This document shows positions 9,529 through 18,428 of a stretch of 49,148 nt of DNA, in pieces. Each line of letters starts with the position of its first letter. Positions within the stretch are counted from its first letter, which is position 1. Both the position numbers and the translations under genes were made by a program. Origin of the DNA: a virus. Taxonomy: Duplodnaviria; Caudoviricetes. A model generated the notes under the pieces. That model ran no database searches. It worked only from the letters and a program-made list of their open reading frames with translations, and had not been told where the DNA came from. The stretch spans positions 1 through 49,148 of IMG/VR virus record IMGVR_UViG_3300044676_005519; one strand, written 5' to 3'.

Positions 9529-10483
9529 TTCCAAGTTTATCGGACTGGTATCATCTAAACTTGAAAAGTTTAAGAGAGTAAAGCCAAACCTATATAATTT
9601 TAGGTGCCCAATTTGTGGAGATTCAAAGAAGAACAAGAGCAAAACCAGGGGATATCTCTACGTAGTTAAGGCAAATACTAACTTTAAGTGCCATAATTGT
9701 GGTGCTTCGATGTCTTTTAACAACTTTTTGAAGCAAGTTGACCCTATAATCCATAAACAGTACACTATGGAGAAGTTTAAGGAGGGTCACACTGGACGCA
9801 ATTTTGTTGTTGAAGAACCAGTTTTAAAGTTTGAAGCACCTAAGTTCAAGAGAAAACTTAAACTTCCAAAGGCATCAGAACATCCTAAACCAGAGGGATA
9901 TCTGACGGCAAGGAAACTCAACCCTGATGATTTTTATTATGCCGAACAGTTTAAGAAGTTTGCTAACAGTCTAAAACCAACCTTTGCTAGTGAAGAGAAT
10001 GATGAAGAACGTATCATTATTCCCCTTTATTATGAAAAGAACTTAATTGGGTTTCAGGGAAGATCCATAGGTTTCAGCAAGGTTAAATACATTACCGTGA
10101 TGCTTGACGATGATGCACCAAAAATCTACGGATTGGATAACATCAGAAGAGATGCTCCAGTCTATGTTACAGAGGGACCTTTCGACAGCACGTTCATTTC
10201 AAACTCGATTGCTATGTGCGGAGCTGACGCTGATATTAGTAAGTGGGGGATTAGCAATGCTGTGTGGATTTATGATAACGAACCACGCAATCGAGAAATC
10301 CTATCAAGGATTGAACGCACAATCGATGCTGGTGAAAAAGTGGTCATCTGGCCATCAGGCATAGATGATAAAGATATAAATGATATGGTGATGTCTGGAC
10401 TGGATGTGCAGTCTGTGATAGAATCAAACACATACTCTGGATTAGAAGCAAAACTTAAGTTTACCACCTGGAAGAAAATATGA
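9515..10483 (+). CDS. gp61: T4 gp61-like DNA primase
   Basis: Zn ribbon RCPICGDS...KCHNCG; FQGR; TOPRIM VTEGPFDS and YDNEPRN. Confidence 0.96.
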   Translation: MDHVDSKFIGLVSSKLEKFKRVKPNLYNFRCPICGDSKKNKSKTRGYLYVVKANTNFKCHNCGASMSFNNFLKQVDPIIHKQYTMEKFKEGHTGRNFVVEEPVLKFEAPKFKRKLKLPKASEHPKPEGYLTARKLNPDDFYYAEQFKKFANSLKPTFASEENDEERIIIPLYYEKNLIGFQGRSIGFSKVKYITVMLDDDAPKIYGLDNIRRDAPVYVTEGPFDSTFISNSIAMCGADADISKWGISNAVWIYDNEPRNREILSRIERTIDAGEKVVIWPSGIDDKDINDMVMSGLDVQSVIESNTYSGLEAKLKFTTWKKI

Positions 10484-12777
10484 GTAACGGCACCAAGGTT
10501 AAAAAAAGAGATGGTCGAATTGAACCTCTTGACCTAGATAAGATGCATCTGATGGTTGAAGAGGCAACCAAGGGTCTTGCAGGGGTGTCTGCGAGTCAGG
10601 TTGAGATGAAATCGGGCATCCAATTTTATGACGGAATCACCACCGCAGAGATTCAAGAAATTCTGATTCGTGCTGCTTCTGACTTGATTGATTTGGATCA
10701 TCCTAACTATCAATTTGTAGCAGCAAGACTTCTTCTCTTTTCTTTGAGAAAAAGTTTATATGGAAAGATGAGGGAACTTCCTCATCTTGAAGCACATGTT
10801 ATGAGTTGCACTAACATTGATGTGTATGATAAGGATATTTTCCTCAAGTACTCTAAAGAAGAGATTGATAAGGCAAACGGATTCATCGATCATGATCGTG
10901 ATTTCTTGTTTACTTATGCTGGTCTTCGACAAGTTGTAGATAAATATCTAGTGCAGGACAGAAGCAGTGGGGGAGTCTACGAGACCCCACAATTCATGTA
11001 TATCATGATTGCTCTGACCATCTTTAGAGATTATCCAAAGGAGACTCGTCTCTCCTACGTCAAGAGGTACTATGACGCAATCTCCAGACACCGACTCAAC
11101 ATTCCCACACCTATCATGGCGGGAGTGCGAACTCCACTTCGACAATTTGCTAGCTGTGTTCTTGTTGATGTTGATGACACCCTCGATAGTATCTTTAGCT
11201 CTGATATGGCAATTGGCAAATACGTTGCACAAAGGGCGGGAATCGGTATCAACGCAGGCAGAATCCGTGGCATCAACAGTAAGATCCGAGGTGGAGAAGT
11301 ACAACACACAGGTGTTGTACCATTCCTTAAAAAGTTTGAATCGACTGTCAGGTGTTGTACACAAAATGGAATACGAGGTGGCTCAGCGACTGTCCACTTC
11401 CCAATCTGGCACCAAGAAATAGAAGACATCATTGTTCTGAAGAACAACAAAGGCACAGAAGACAACCGTGTAAGAAAACTTGACTACTCAATCCAGATTT
11501 CAAAACTTTTCTACGAACGTTTCATTAAGGATGGAGAGATTAGCCTCTTCTCACCGCATGACGTACCAGGTCTATATGACGCTTTTGGTACTGATAGGTT
11601 CGATGATCTATATGTTAGTTTTGAACGAGATGAGTCTGTTCCAAGAAAGACTATCGGGGCACAGAAACTGATCCTGGACCTCTTGAAGGAGAGAGCAGAG
11701 ACAGGTCGTATTTACATCATGAATATCGACCACTGTAACTCTCACTCTTCCTTCAAAGACAAGGTGAACATGTCTAATCTGTGTCAGGAGATTACTCTTC
11801 CCACAGATCCTATCAACCATATTGATGATGATTATGGTGAGATTGCCTTGTGCATTCTTTCTGCTATCAATGTTGGTAAGGTCAAATCTGATGAAGAACT
11901 TGAAGATCTTTGTGATCTTTCTGTTCGTGGTCTGGAGGAACTGATTGACTATCAAGAGTACCCTGTAAAGGCAGCAGAACGTGCTACAAAGGCACGTAGA
12001 TCTCTTGGAATAGGTTTTATTGGTCTTGCTCATTATTTGGCAAAACTTGGGTATGCGTATGATTCTCAAGAAGCATGGGATGCTGTTCATGGTCTCTCTG
12101 AGTCCTTCCAGTATTACCTCCTGAAATCTTCCAACCAGATTGCTAAGGAAAAGGGTTGGTGTACTGACTTTGGTCGCACTAAGTATGCTGATGGAATCCT
12201 GCCAATTGATACATACAAGAAGGATGTAGACGAGATTACTAATATCAAGTATGAGCATGATTGGGAGGGTCTTAGAGCATCTATCCTGGAACACGGATTA
12301 CGGCACTCAACACTGTCGGCACAAATGCCTTCAGAGAGCAGTTCCGTTGTGTCAAACGCAACAAATGGAATTGAACCACCTAGAGACTACCTGTCCATTA
12401 AGAAGAGCAAAAAGGGACCACTCAAGCAGATTGTCCCTCAATATGGATCTCTTAAGAACAGTTATACGATTCTGTGGGATATGGGGTCCAATCGTGGTTA
12501 CATTAATGTTGTTGCTGTAATGCAAAAATTCTTTGACCAGGCAATCTCTGGTAACTGGAGTTACAATCCTGAGCAGTATCCTGACAATGAAGTCCCAGTG
12601 TCCACTATGGCACAAGACTTTTTAACTACATATAAGTACGGTTGGAAGACCTCCTACTATCAAAACACTCATGACATGAAGAATGATGAGGTAGTAGAAG
12701 AAAAACCAAATTTAGATAACCTGTTAAACGAATTAGAACAATCCGAGGAGGGAGAGTGTGAATCCTGTGCAGTTTAA
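10480..12777 (+). CDS. nrdA: class Ia ribonucleotide reductase alpha subunit
   Basis: N-terminal ATP cone; QFASCVL; SNLCQEI; C-terminal CESC. Confidence 0.98.
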   Translation: MSNGTKVKKRDGRIEPLDLDKMHLMVEEATKGLAGVSASQVEMKSGIQFYDGITTAEIQEILIRAASDLIDLDHPNYQFVAARLLLFSLRKSLYGKMRELPHLEAHVMSCTNIDVYDKDIFLKYSKEEIDKANGFIDHDRDFLFTYAGLRQVVDKYLVQDRSSGGVYETPQFMYIMIALTIFRDYPKETRLSYVKRYYDAISRHRLNIPTPIMAGVRTPLRQFASCVLVDVDDTLDSIFSSDMAIGKYVAQRAGIGINAGRIRGINSKIRGGEVQHTGVVPFLKKFESTVRCCTQNGIRGGSATVHFPIWHQEIEDIIVLKNNKGTEDNRVRKLDYSIQISKLFYERFIKDGEISLFSPHDVPGLYDAFGTDRFDDLYVSFERDESVPRKTIGAQKLILDLLKERAETGRIYIMNIDHCNSHSSFKDKVNMSNLCQEITLPTDPINHIDDDYGEIALCILSAINVGKVKSDEELEDLCDLSVRGLEELIDYQEYPVKAAERATKARRSLGIGFIGLAHYLAKLGYAYDSQEAWDAVHGLSESFQYYLLKSSNQIAKEKGWCTDFGRTKYADGILPIDTYKKDVDEITNIKYEHDWEGLRASILEHGLRHSTLSAQMPSESSSVVSNATNGIEPPRDYLSIKKSKKGPLKQIVPQYGSLKNSYTILWDMGSNRGYINVVAVMQKFFDQAISGNWSYNPEQYPDNEVPVSTMAQDFLTTYKYGWKTSYYQNTHDMKNDEVVEEKPNLDNLLNELEQSEEGECESCAV

Positions 12778-13951
12778 GATTTCATCCGTAGAGGACAACA
12801 ACATGACTAAAGTTAAGGGCATGACGGTCTTTAACACTGAACAAGTAAATACCAAAAAGCAACCGATGTTTTTCGGTCAACCTCTTGGAATTCAAAGATA
12901 TGATTCATACAAGTATCCAGTTTTTGATAAACTAACAACTCAACAACTTGGATACTTTTGGAGACCAGAAGAAGTTTCACTGCAAAAGGACCGTGGAGAT
13001 TATCACACACTTCGTCCAGAACAAAAGCATATCTATACCTCTAACCTCAAGTATCAGATTATGCTTGACTCCATTCAAGGGCGTGGTCCTGGGATGGCTT
13101 TTATTCCTTACTGCAGTCTACCTGAACTAGAGGCATGTATGGAGGTCTGGGGATTCATGGAGATGATCCACAGTCGCTCTTACACCTATATCATCAAGAA
13201 CATCTATTCAGATCCTTCTGAAGTGTTTGATAAGATTGTTACTGATCAACGCATTCTAGAACGTGCTAGTAGTGTTACAGAAGCATATGATGACTTTATC
13301 TCTAATGCTCATTCATATGATAACAGCACCATGTGGGAACTTGCCACAGAGGGACACATTGCTGGTAAAATTGATCGGTATGAATTGAAACGCAAACTTT
13401 ATAGGGCAGTCGCCAATGTCAACATTCTTGAGGGAATTCGTTTCTATGTTAGTTTTGCTTGTTCTTTTGCTTTTGGTGAGCTCAAACTTATGGAGGGAAG
13501 TGCCAAGATTATTTCCCTTATTGCAAGAGATGAAAACCAACACCTTGCCATCACCCAAAACATCTTAAACAAGTGGGCTGCTGGTGATGATCCTGAAATG
13601 AAGAGGATCATGAAGGAAGAAGAAGAGTGGACTTACAAAGCATTTGATCGTGCCGTAAATGAAGAGAAACGTTGGGCAGATTATCTGTTCAAGGATGGAT
13701 CTATGATTGGTCTTAACGATAAACTTCTTCAACAGTATGTTGAATGGATTGCAAACCGTCGTCTCAAGGCAATCAATCTCAAACCACAGTATGACATTGC
13801 TGCTAAGAACAATCCACTGCCGTGGACACAGCACTGGATCTCCTCCAAGGGTCTTCAGGTTGCTCCACAAGAGACAGAAGTAGAGTCCTATGTTGTTGGT
13901 GGTATTAAGCAAGATGTGAAAAAGGACACATTCAGTGGTTTCCAACTCTGA
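12758..13951 (+). CDS. nrdB: ribonucleotide reductase beta subunit
   Basis: FWRPEEV, EMIHSRSY, LEGIRFYVSF, IARDENQH, VAPQETE; start could be ATG 12803. Confidence 0.97.
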   Translation: MNPVQFKISSVEDNNMTKVKGMTVFNTEQVNTKKQPMFFGQPLGIQRYDSYKYPVFDKLTTQQLGYFWRPEEVSLQKDRGDYHTLRPEQKHIYTSNLKYQIMLDSIQGRGPGMAFIPYCSLPELEACMEVWGFMEMIHSRSYTYIIKNIYSDPSEVFDKIVTDQRILERASSVTEAYDDFISNAHSYDNSTMWELATEGHIAGKIDRYELKRKLYRAVANVNILEGIRFYVSFACSFAFGELKLMEGSAKIISLIARDENQHLAITQNILNKWAAGDDPEMKRIMKEEEEWTYKAFDRAVNEEKRWADYLFKDGSMIGLNDKLLQQYVEWIANRRLKAINLKPQYDIAAKNNPLPWTQHWISSKGLQVAPQETEVESYVVGGIKQDVKKDTFSGFQL

Positions 13952-13965
13952 TTGTTGCTATACAT

Positions 13966-13988
13966 AGGGGGAGTAACATCCCCCCTTT
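13966..13988 (+). terminator. probable terminator after nrdB
   Basis: GGGGGA/TCCCCC stem followed by TTT. Confidence 0.55.
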
Positions 13989-14150
13989 ATGCCTAGAAAT
14001 CAAATTTCACTCCCAGAACTCAAATCTAAGTTAGAAAAACTTAAGAATGATCTTTATTGGGAAGAGCACAAGTATGGATCAGAAGCAAGAGGATTAGCGC
14101 ATAAATATGTGAACAGAGTTTTTGACATACTTGACGAATATCGATTATGA
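13989..14150 (+). CDS. hypothetical 53-aa protein (not in ORF track)
   Basis: MPRNQISLPELKSKLEKLKNDLYWEEHKYGSEARGLAHKYVNRVFDILDEYRL fills the gap. Confidence 0.65.
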   Translation: MPRNQISLPELKSKLEKLKNDLYWEEHKYGSEARGLAHKYVNRVFDILDEYRL

Positions 14151-14568
14151 AAACCCCTGGTTATTTGAAGGAACCCCTTTTCTATCTGAGAATATTGACG
14201 ATTTCTTCGGTTTTGTCTATCTCATTACAAATCTCCAAAACGGTCGCAGGTATATCGGTAGAAAATACTTCTGGTCCTTCAGAAAACCACCTGGTAAAAA
14301 ACGCAAAGTAAAAAAAGAATCCGACTGGAAAAAATACTATGGGTCTTGTCCGGAACTTAAAGAAGACATTGAACGACTGGGTAGACAAAATTTTAGTCGA
14401 ACTATCCTGTCATTACATAAAACACCTGGCAAAACAAACTTTGAAGAAACCAGACAACTCTTCCTCAACGGAGTCCTTACCGAATCCCTTGACACAGGAG
14501 GACCTGCCTACTACAATAGCAACATCCTCAGCAGGTACTTCCGAAAAGACTATTATGATGGAGACTGA
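14122..14568 (+). CDS. GIY-YIG endonuclease (denA/endonuclease II-like position after nrdB)
   Basis: GFVYLITN...RRYIGRK and YYGS motifs; CATAAATA at 14100; exact TTG start uncertain. Confidence 0.8.
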   Translation: MTYLTNIDYENPWLFEGTPFLSENIDDFFGFVYLITNLQNGRRYIGRKYFWSFRKPPGKKRKVKKESDWKKYYGSCPELKEDIERLGRQNFSRTILSLHKTPGKTNFEETRQLFLNGVLTESLDTGGPAYYNSNILSRYFRKDYYDGD

Positions 14569-14785
14569 AGAAATCGTTGCCGACGTTCGACAGTGGGCAA
14601 TCGACAAAGTTGAAGAGTACAACGGCAAAGGTATTGATCGAATCTATGATCAAATGGCAATCATGGCAGAGTTTGACGAATGGTTCGATCCCAAAGAAGA
14701 TTTAGAGGTTGTATCACTTGACGAAATTACTCAAGACCAGTATGATGACTTTGTTGATTACTCAGACGGTATCGAAAGAGCATAA
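14555..14785 (+). CDS. acidic hypothetical protein
   Basis: Start trimmed to ATG 14555 (MMETEEIVADVRQW). Confidence 0.65.
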   Translation: MMETEEIVADVRQWAIDKVEEYNGKGIDRIYDQMAIMAEFDEWFDPKEDLEVVSLDEITQDQYDDFVDYSDGIERA

Positions 14786-14789
14786 TCAA

Positions 14790-14840
14790 CTGCTGTAACC
14801 TCCTTGGTAGTTCAGGGTTAGAGGCGATAGGAACTACCAC
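14790..14840 (+). ncRNA. candidate pseudoknotted RNA in the tRNA-Arg leader
   Basis: GGTAGTTC/GAACTACC 8-bp stem crossing a TAACCT/GGGTTA stem. Confidence 0.4.
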
Positions 14841-14843
14841 CTT

Positions 14844-14917
14844 GACTCAATAGCTCAGCTGGATAGAGCAACTGCCTTCTAAGCAGTCGGTCGTAGGTTC
14901 AAATCCTACTTGAGTCG
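14844..14917 (+). tRNA. tRNA-Arg(UCU)
   Basis: GACTCAA/TTGAGTC acceptor; ACTGC-CT-TCT-AA-GCAGT anticodon arm. Confidence 0.96.
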
Positions 14918-14947
14918 TTGACAATTATACATCCACCATGTTATAAT
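14918..14947 (+). promoter_or_regulatory. sigma70 promoter TTGACA-18-TATAAT with extended -10 (TG)
   Basis: -35 at 14918-14923; TG at 14939-14940; -10 at 14942-14947. Confidence 0.8.
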
Positions 14948-14954
14948 TATCACT

Positions 14955-15002
14955 TGGGCATTGAGAGAGACCACCACCACCTCCTCTCTCATGTAAGTCC
15001 CG
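14955..15002 (+). ncRNA. candidate small RNA: stem-loop with ACCACCACCACCTC loop
   Basis: TGAGAGAG/CTCTCTCA stem starting near the predicted TSS. Confidence 0.5.
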
Positions 15003-15006
15003 CACT

Positions 15007-15077
15007 GCGGGTGTGGTGTAGCGGTAACATGCGAGCCTTCCAAGCTCTTGTCACGGGTTCGATCCCCGTCACTCGCT
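15007..15077 (+). tRNA. tRNA-Gly(UCC)
   Basis: GCGGGTG/CACTCGC acceptor; GAGC-CT-TCC-AA-GCTC; U73. Confidence 0.95.
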
Positions 15078-15096
15078 TCCCCTTCTGGGGACTCAT

Positions 15097-15170
15097 TCCT
15101 GCTTAGCTCAGTTGGTAGTAGCATTTGACTGTTAATCAAAGGGTCGCTGGTTCGAGCCCAGCAGCAGGAG
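15097..15170 (+). tRNA. tRNA-Asn(GUU)
   Basis: TCCTGCT/AGCAGGA acceptor; TTTGA-CT-GTT-AA-TCAAA. Confidence 0.95.
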
Positions 15171-15173
15171 TCT

Positions 15174-15249
<76 letters not shown>

Positions 15250-15272
15250 TAATTCACGGAGGACCATGAGTC

Positions 15273-15521
15273 ATGATCACTATCAGATGCAAAGAATGTA
15301 GAAAAGAACTGACAAGCACTAGCAAAATTCAGTTCTGTGGTTGTCCCAATCAGATGAGTGTTGTGGACAACAAAATTGGTGCCAAAGATTTAGATAAAGT
15401 CGTAATGGTATCTAACAATATAGAGAATAAGATTGATAGTCATTTCTCTAGATCCGAACTTCTCTATCAAGAGGAGAGACGTAGACGTAAGGTCCGCAGA
15501 TTGGACTTTGATGTCCGTTGA
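15273..15521 (+). CDS. small Cys-motif (Zn-binding?) hypothetical protein
   Basis: GGAGG RBS; RCKEC...FCGCPN. Confidence 0.75.
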   Translation: MITIRCKECRKELTSTSKIQFCGCPNQMSVVDNKIGAKDLDKVVMVSNNIENKIDSHFSRSELLYQEERRRRKVRRLDFDVR

Positions 15522-15523
15522 AA

Positions 15524-15550
15524 GTTCAAATCTTCTAAATAGATTTGAAC
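15524..15550 (+). promoter_or_regulatory. 10-bp hairpin with late promoter CTAAATA in its loop
   Basis: GTTCAAATCT-TCTAAAT-AGATTTGAAC upstream of the HNH gene. Confidence 0.6.
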
Positions 15551-15563
15551 CCTTGTATTAATC

Positions 15564-15917
15564 ATGCCATATAAAGATCCTGCAAAACAACGTGAAGCTG
15601 CAAGACGTTGGGCACATACCAGTAAAGGTGTTGCCGAACGAAAGAAGCAGAGAGATAGTAGAAAGGATCTTGTAGAAGAATTGAAGACAGGTCCATGTTA
15701 TCACTGTGGACAGACACATCCTCCAGTCTGTATGGATTTACATCATGTAGATCCTTCCACCAAGTCTTTTACGATTAATGCTAATGGGAAAGGTCTCGCT
15801 GCCCTAAAAGAAGAGGCAAAGAAGTGTATTAGATTGTGTGCAATCTGTCATAGAAAGCATCATGCTGGTCTCATTACACTAAACTTGGAAGCGTGGCAGA
15901 GCGGTTTATTGCGGTAG
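15564..15917 (+). CDS. HNH endonuclease (putative homing endonuclease)
   Basis: CYHCG...MDLHHVDP...KCIRLCAICHRKHH; 3' end overlaps tRNA-Ser. Confidence 0.85.
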   Translation: MPYKDPAKQREAARRWAHTSKGVAERKKQRDSRKDLVEELKTGPCYHCGQTHPPVCMDLHHVDPSTKSFTINANGKGLAALKEEAKKCIRLCAICHRKHHAGLITLNLEAWQSGLLR

Positions 15918-15973
15918 TCTTGAAAACTACTGTGTCTTCACGGGCACCACTGGTTCAAATCCAGTCGCTTCCG
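15887..15973 (+). tRNA. tRNA-Ser(UGA)
   Basis: GGAAGCG/CGCTTCC acceptor; GTAGT-CT-TGA-AA-ACTAC; long variable arm; G73. Confidence 0.95.
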
Positions 15974-16035
15974 TTTTCTTTAGAAAGTATTGAGACTTTG
16001 TGTATCATCTATATACAATTATATGGAGATTATAA

Positions 16036-16257
16036 ATGACTCTCTTTTATCTTCTAATGCTGACAATTGTCGTATTAGTTGCTTATGCTGGATATGATGC
16101 TACTATGAGATTGGTCCAATTTATAGATCTCCAAGTCAGATATGCTGGAATAAGGATTCAAATGAAGTGGATGGAGCAGAAACTTAGAAGGAGACTTCTC
16201 AAGGATACTGCGAACTACCAACAACTACTCAAGGAGCACAAAGAGAATGACCTCTGA
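16036..16257 (+). CDS. small membrane protein
   Basis: GGAG RBS; N-terminal hydrophobic helix. Confidence 0.65.
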   Translation: MTLFYLLMLTIVVLVAYAGYDATMRLVQFIDLQVRYAGIRIQMKWMEQKLRRRLLKDTANYQQLLKEHKENDL

Positions 16258-16483
16258 TACTAAAGAGTGTCCAAAGTGTGGAGCAACGTGGATAGGGGGA
16301 CAGCATTACTGGTCTGGAACTGGTAAATTGGGAAATGAATTGGATCTTGCTGGACTAGTTTGTAATAATTATAGTGATGAAACCTGCATAAACCCTTGCA
16401 TGGGACTTGAAGGTGGAGTAACCTGGAAAGATAGAATGACGCAATTGGAATCTTTAGATGAGTCATCGAATGGACGAGATTAA
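16247..16483 (+). CDS. small Cys-rich hypothetical protein
   Basis: ECPKCGATW...LAGLVCN...CINPC. Confidence 0.7.
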   Translation: MTSDTKECPKCGATWIGGQHYWSGTGKLGNELDLAGLVCNNYSDETCINPCMGLEGGVTWKDRMTQLESLDESSNGRD

Positions 16484-16640
16484 ACCTGAGCACTACATCA
16501 CGAAAGAAGAGTGTCAGAAACTCATTGATAAAGCAATCGATAATCATAATAAAACTGCTACAGTTATAAGTGCGATTCTTGGTGGAATACTTTTGGCATT
16601 CTATTGTCACGGAGTCCTGTCATTAGTTGGTCGTGCTTGA
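16458..16640 (+). CDS. small membrane protein, picocyanobacterial-type
   Basis: IDKAIDNHNKTATVIS followed by a TM helix. Confidence 0.65.
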   Translation: MSHRMDEIKPEHYITKEECQKLIDKAIDNHNKTATVISAILGGILLAFYCHGVLSLVGRA

Positions 16641-16665
16641 TATATAAAGCAATGGAGATGGTCAA

Positions 16666-16749
16666 ATGAGCACAATGTTTGTATTTGCTTTTATTTTATT
16701 GCTAATTTCTGGTATGCAACTAACATGGCCAGGGAGGTACAGAGGTTAA
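16666..16749 (+). CDS. 27-aa membrane micropeptide (not in ORF track)
   Basis: MSTMFVFAFILLLISGMQLTWPGRYRG; GGAG RBS; TAATG coupling to the next gene. Confidence 0.55.
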   Translation: MSTMFVFAFILLLISGMQLTWPGRYRG

Positions 16750-16961
16750 TGAAACAATTCATCATTCTAATAGCATGTTTCTTGCCGTTGGGTATAATCT
16801 ACATAGTGATGAAACTATCAGTATGGATTGCGGCAGTAAATTCTGAAAAAGAATATGTCAGAGAAGAATCACTCAAACCACACGGACCTTATGTGGCAGA
16901 TGCATATGCAGACGTTGATGAAGAGGAAGAGGAGTATGGAGACCGCACAGATTATCGATGA
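16749..16961 (+). CDS. small membrane protein
   Basis: MKQFIILIACFLPLGIIYIVMKLSVW...; acidic tail. Confidence 0.65.
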   Translation: MKQFIILIACFLPLGIIYIVMKLSVWIAAVNSEKEYVREESLKPHGPYVADAYADVDEEEEEYGDRTDYR

Positions 16962-17082
16962 ATCGATTAATGAGTGGTACTCGTCTCAAGGTCAATCAGT
17001 TCCGAAATGGAAATTAAAAAAAGATCCACAGTGGTGGATCGATTATCTCACAGAGTTAAACATAGACCCAAGGAATCCATGA
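16936..17082 (+). CDS. hypothetical protein
   Basis: GAGGAG RBS before ATG 16936; ATGA overlap with gnd. Confidence 0.6.
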   Translation: METAQIIDESINEWYSSQGQSVPKWKLKKDPQWWIDYLTELNIDPRNP

Positions 17083-18113
17083 AAGTAGGCATTATTGGTT
17101 TAGGTAGAATGGGCGAGGGTATGTCTCGTCGTATGATGAAAGTAGGTATTGAAACCTGGGGATACAGAAGAAATTATGCCAAAGCCGAAGAGGCATATGA
17201 AAAAGGTTATGTTAGTGGAGTCACTACTGACTTAGAAAATCTTGTTAAAGTTGTAAAGGATGGTGGAAGTGCTGGAGAGTGTCCTGGTATTTTTCAACTT
17301 GTTATCCCCGCAGAACTAGTAGAGGACACGATCAATGAGTTACTACCATTACTTAGCGACGGGGATATTATTATTGATCATGGCAATTCCAATTTTAAGG
17401 ACTCGCGCCGCAGAGCCGAGTCCCTGGAAAAACTGGGCATCCAATATATTGATTGCGGTACTAGTGGTGGAGTTTATGGTCTGGAGCGTGGATACTGTCT
17501 TATGGTTGGTGGTTCAAATAGCGCAGTATCTGTCTGTGCCCCCATTTTCAGGGCACTCGCACCTGGCATTGGATCTGCCCATCGCACTGATCCTCTAAGT
17601 TATGAGACTTCTGCTGAGCATGGTTGGTTACATTGTGGTGGACCTGGAGCAGGTCACTTTGTAAAAATGGTTCATAACGGTGTCGAATATGGAATCATGC
17701 AAGCATACGCAGAAGGATTTAATATCCTGCATGAAGCTAATGCTGGGTCACAGTACGTTAAGGAAGGTGATGCTGAGGTGGCTCCGATGGAGAATCCGAG
17801 GGATTATCAATATGATATTGACGTTGCTGAAGTGGCTGAGTTATGGCGTCGTGGTTCTGTTGTTGGCAGTTGGTTACTTGATCTTACCGCTGATGTACTA
17901 CGGGGCGATAGAGAACTTAGCAAGTTCGGTGGGGGAGTTAGCGATAGTGGTGAGGGTCGTTGGACTGTTCATGCCGCTGTCGATTTGGGTGTCCCCGCTC
18001 CTGTCATTACTACAGCGTTGTATGAGCGTTTTAACTCTCGTTCATTGGGTGTATTTGGAAGAAAGGTATTGAATGGAATGCGGTATATGTTCGGAGGACA
18101 CAACGTAAGATGA
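17079..18113 (+). CDS. gnd: 6-phosphogluconate dehydrogenase (short, phage type)
   Basis: GIIGLGRMG, IIDHGNS, GTSGG, GAGHFVKMVHNGVEYG, DSGEGRWT. Confidence 0.96.
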   Translation: MKVGIIGLGRMGEGMSRRMMKVGIETWGYRRNYAKAEEAYEKGYVSGVTTDLENLVKVVKDGGSAGECPGIFQLVIPAELVEDTINELLPLLSDGDIIIDHGNSNFKDSRRRAESLEKLGIQYIDCGTSGGVYGLERGYCLMVGGSNSAVSVCAPIFRALAPGIGSAHRTDPLSYETSAEHGWLHCGGPGAGHFVKMVHNGVEYGIMQAYAEGFNILHEANAGSQYVKEGDAEVAPMENPRDYQYDIDVAEVAELWRRGSVVGSWLLDLTADVLRGDRELSKFGGGVSDSGEGRWTVHAAVDLGVPAPVITTALYERFNSRSLGVFGRKVLNGMRYMFGGHNVR

Positions 18114-18241
18114 CTTTAGCACATGTCCTACTTTTCGGATCACTACCCTTTATATGTGCCACCGCATATTTCGGGCACAGAAAGGGTGAGAATAACTATT
18201 ATGAAACCGACGCCTACTCAGGAAATGGAACAGCGCATTAG
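18110..18241 (+). CDS. ndhP: NdhP-like subunit of NDH-1L (43 aa, not in ORF track)
   Basis: MTLAHVLLFGSLPFICATAYFGHRKGENNYYETDAYSGNGTAH: TM helix plus FG...YxTDxYxGNG(S/T)AH signature; ATGA coupled to gnd. Confidence 0.8.
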   Translation: MTLAHVLLFGSLPFICATAYFGHRKGENNYYETDAYSGNGTAH

Positions 18242-18428
18242 AATGAGATTTGCGTTTGCCATGTCATCATTTGGTAGGATGTTTAGACCTGATCATATCA
18301 CTATTGAAATGAGAGCACTCTGTAATGAATGGTCTCAGATTGAAGATCAACCACCTCAAGGTGATTTGTATAATGTAGATCGTTACTTCTTAGAACTTTG
18401 GAAAAAAAGAAATGAAACCAGTAACTAG
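18225..18428 (+). CDS. hypothetical protein
   Basis: MEQRIRMRFAFAMSSFGRMF...DLYNVDRYFLELW; start trimmed from 18123. Confidence 0.65.
   Translation: MEQRIRMRFAFAMSSFGRMFRPDHITIEMRALCNEWSQIEDQPPQGDLYNVDRYFLELWKKRNETSN

Noticed and set aside
10480-13951. Introns or inteins in nrdA/nrdB (also psbA/psbD)
   Set aside because: All four are continuous and of ordinary length, with no insertion visible.
14786-14843. tRNA-associated HDV-like (theta) ribozyme
   Set aside because: Only 17 nt lie between the long stem strands, too few for P3/P1/P4, and the element is 5' rather than 3' of the tRNA.
14906-15139. ORFs across the tRNA clusters (also 18671-19009, 18987-19190 and the 5' part of 18794-19024)
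   Set aside because: They overlap clear tRNA cloverleaves.
18123-18224. 5' extension of ORF 18123-18428
   Set aside because: This interval is better explained by the NdhP-like ORF in another frame.
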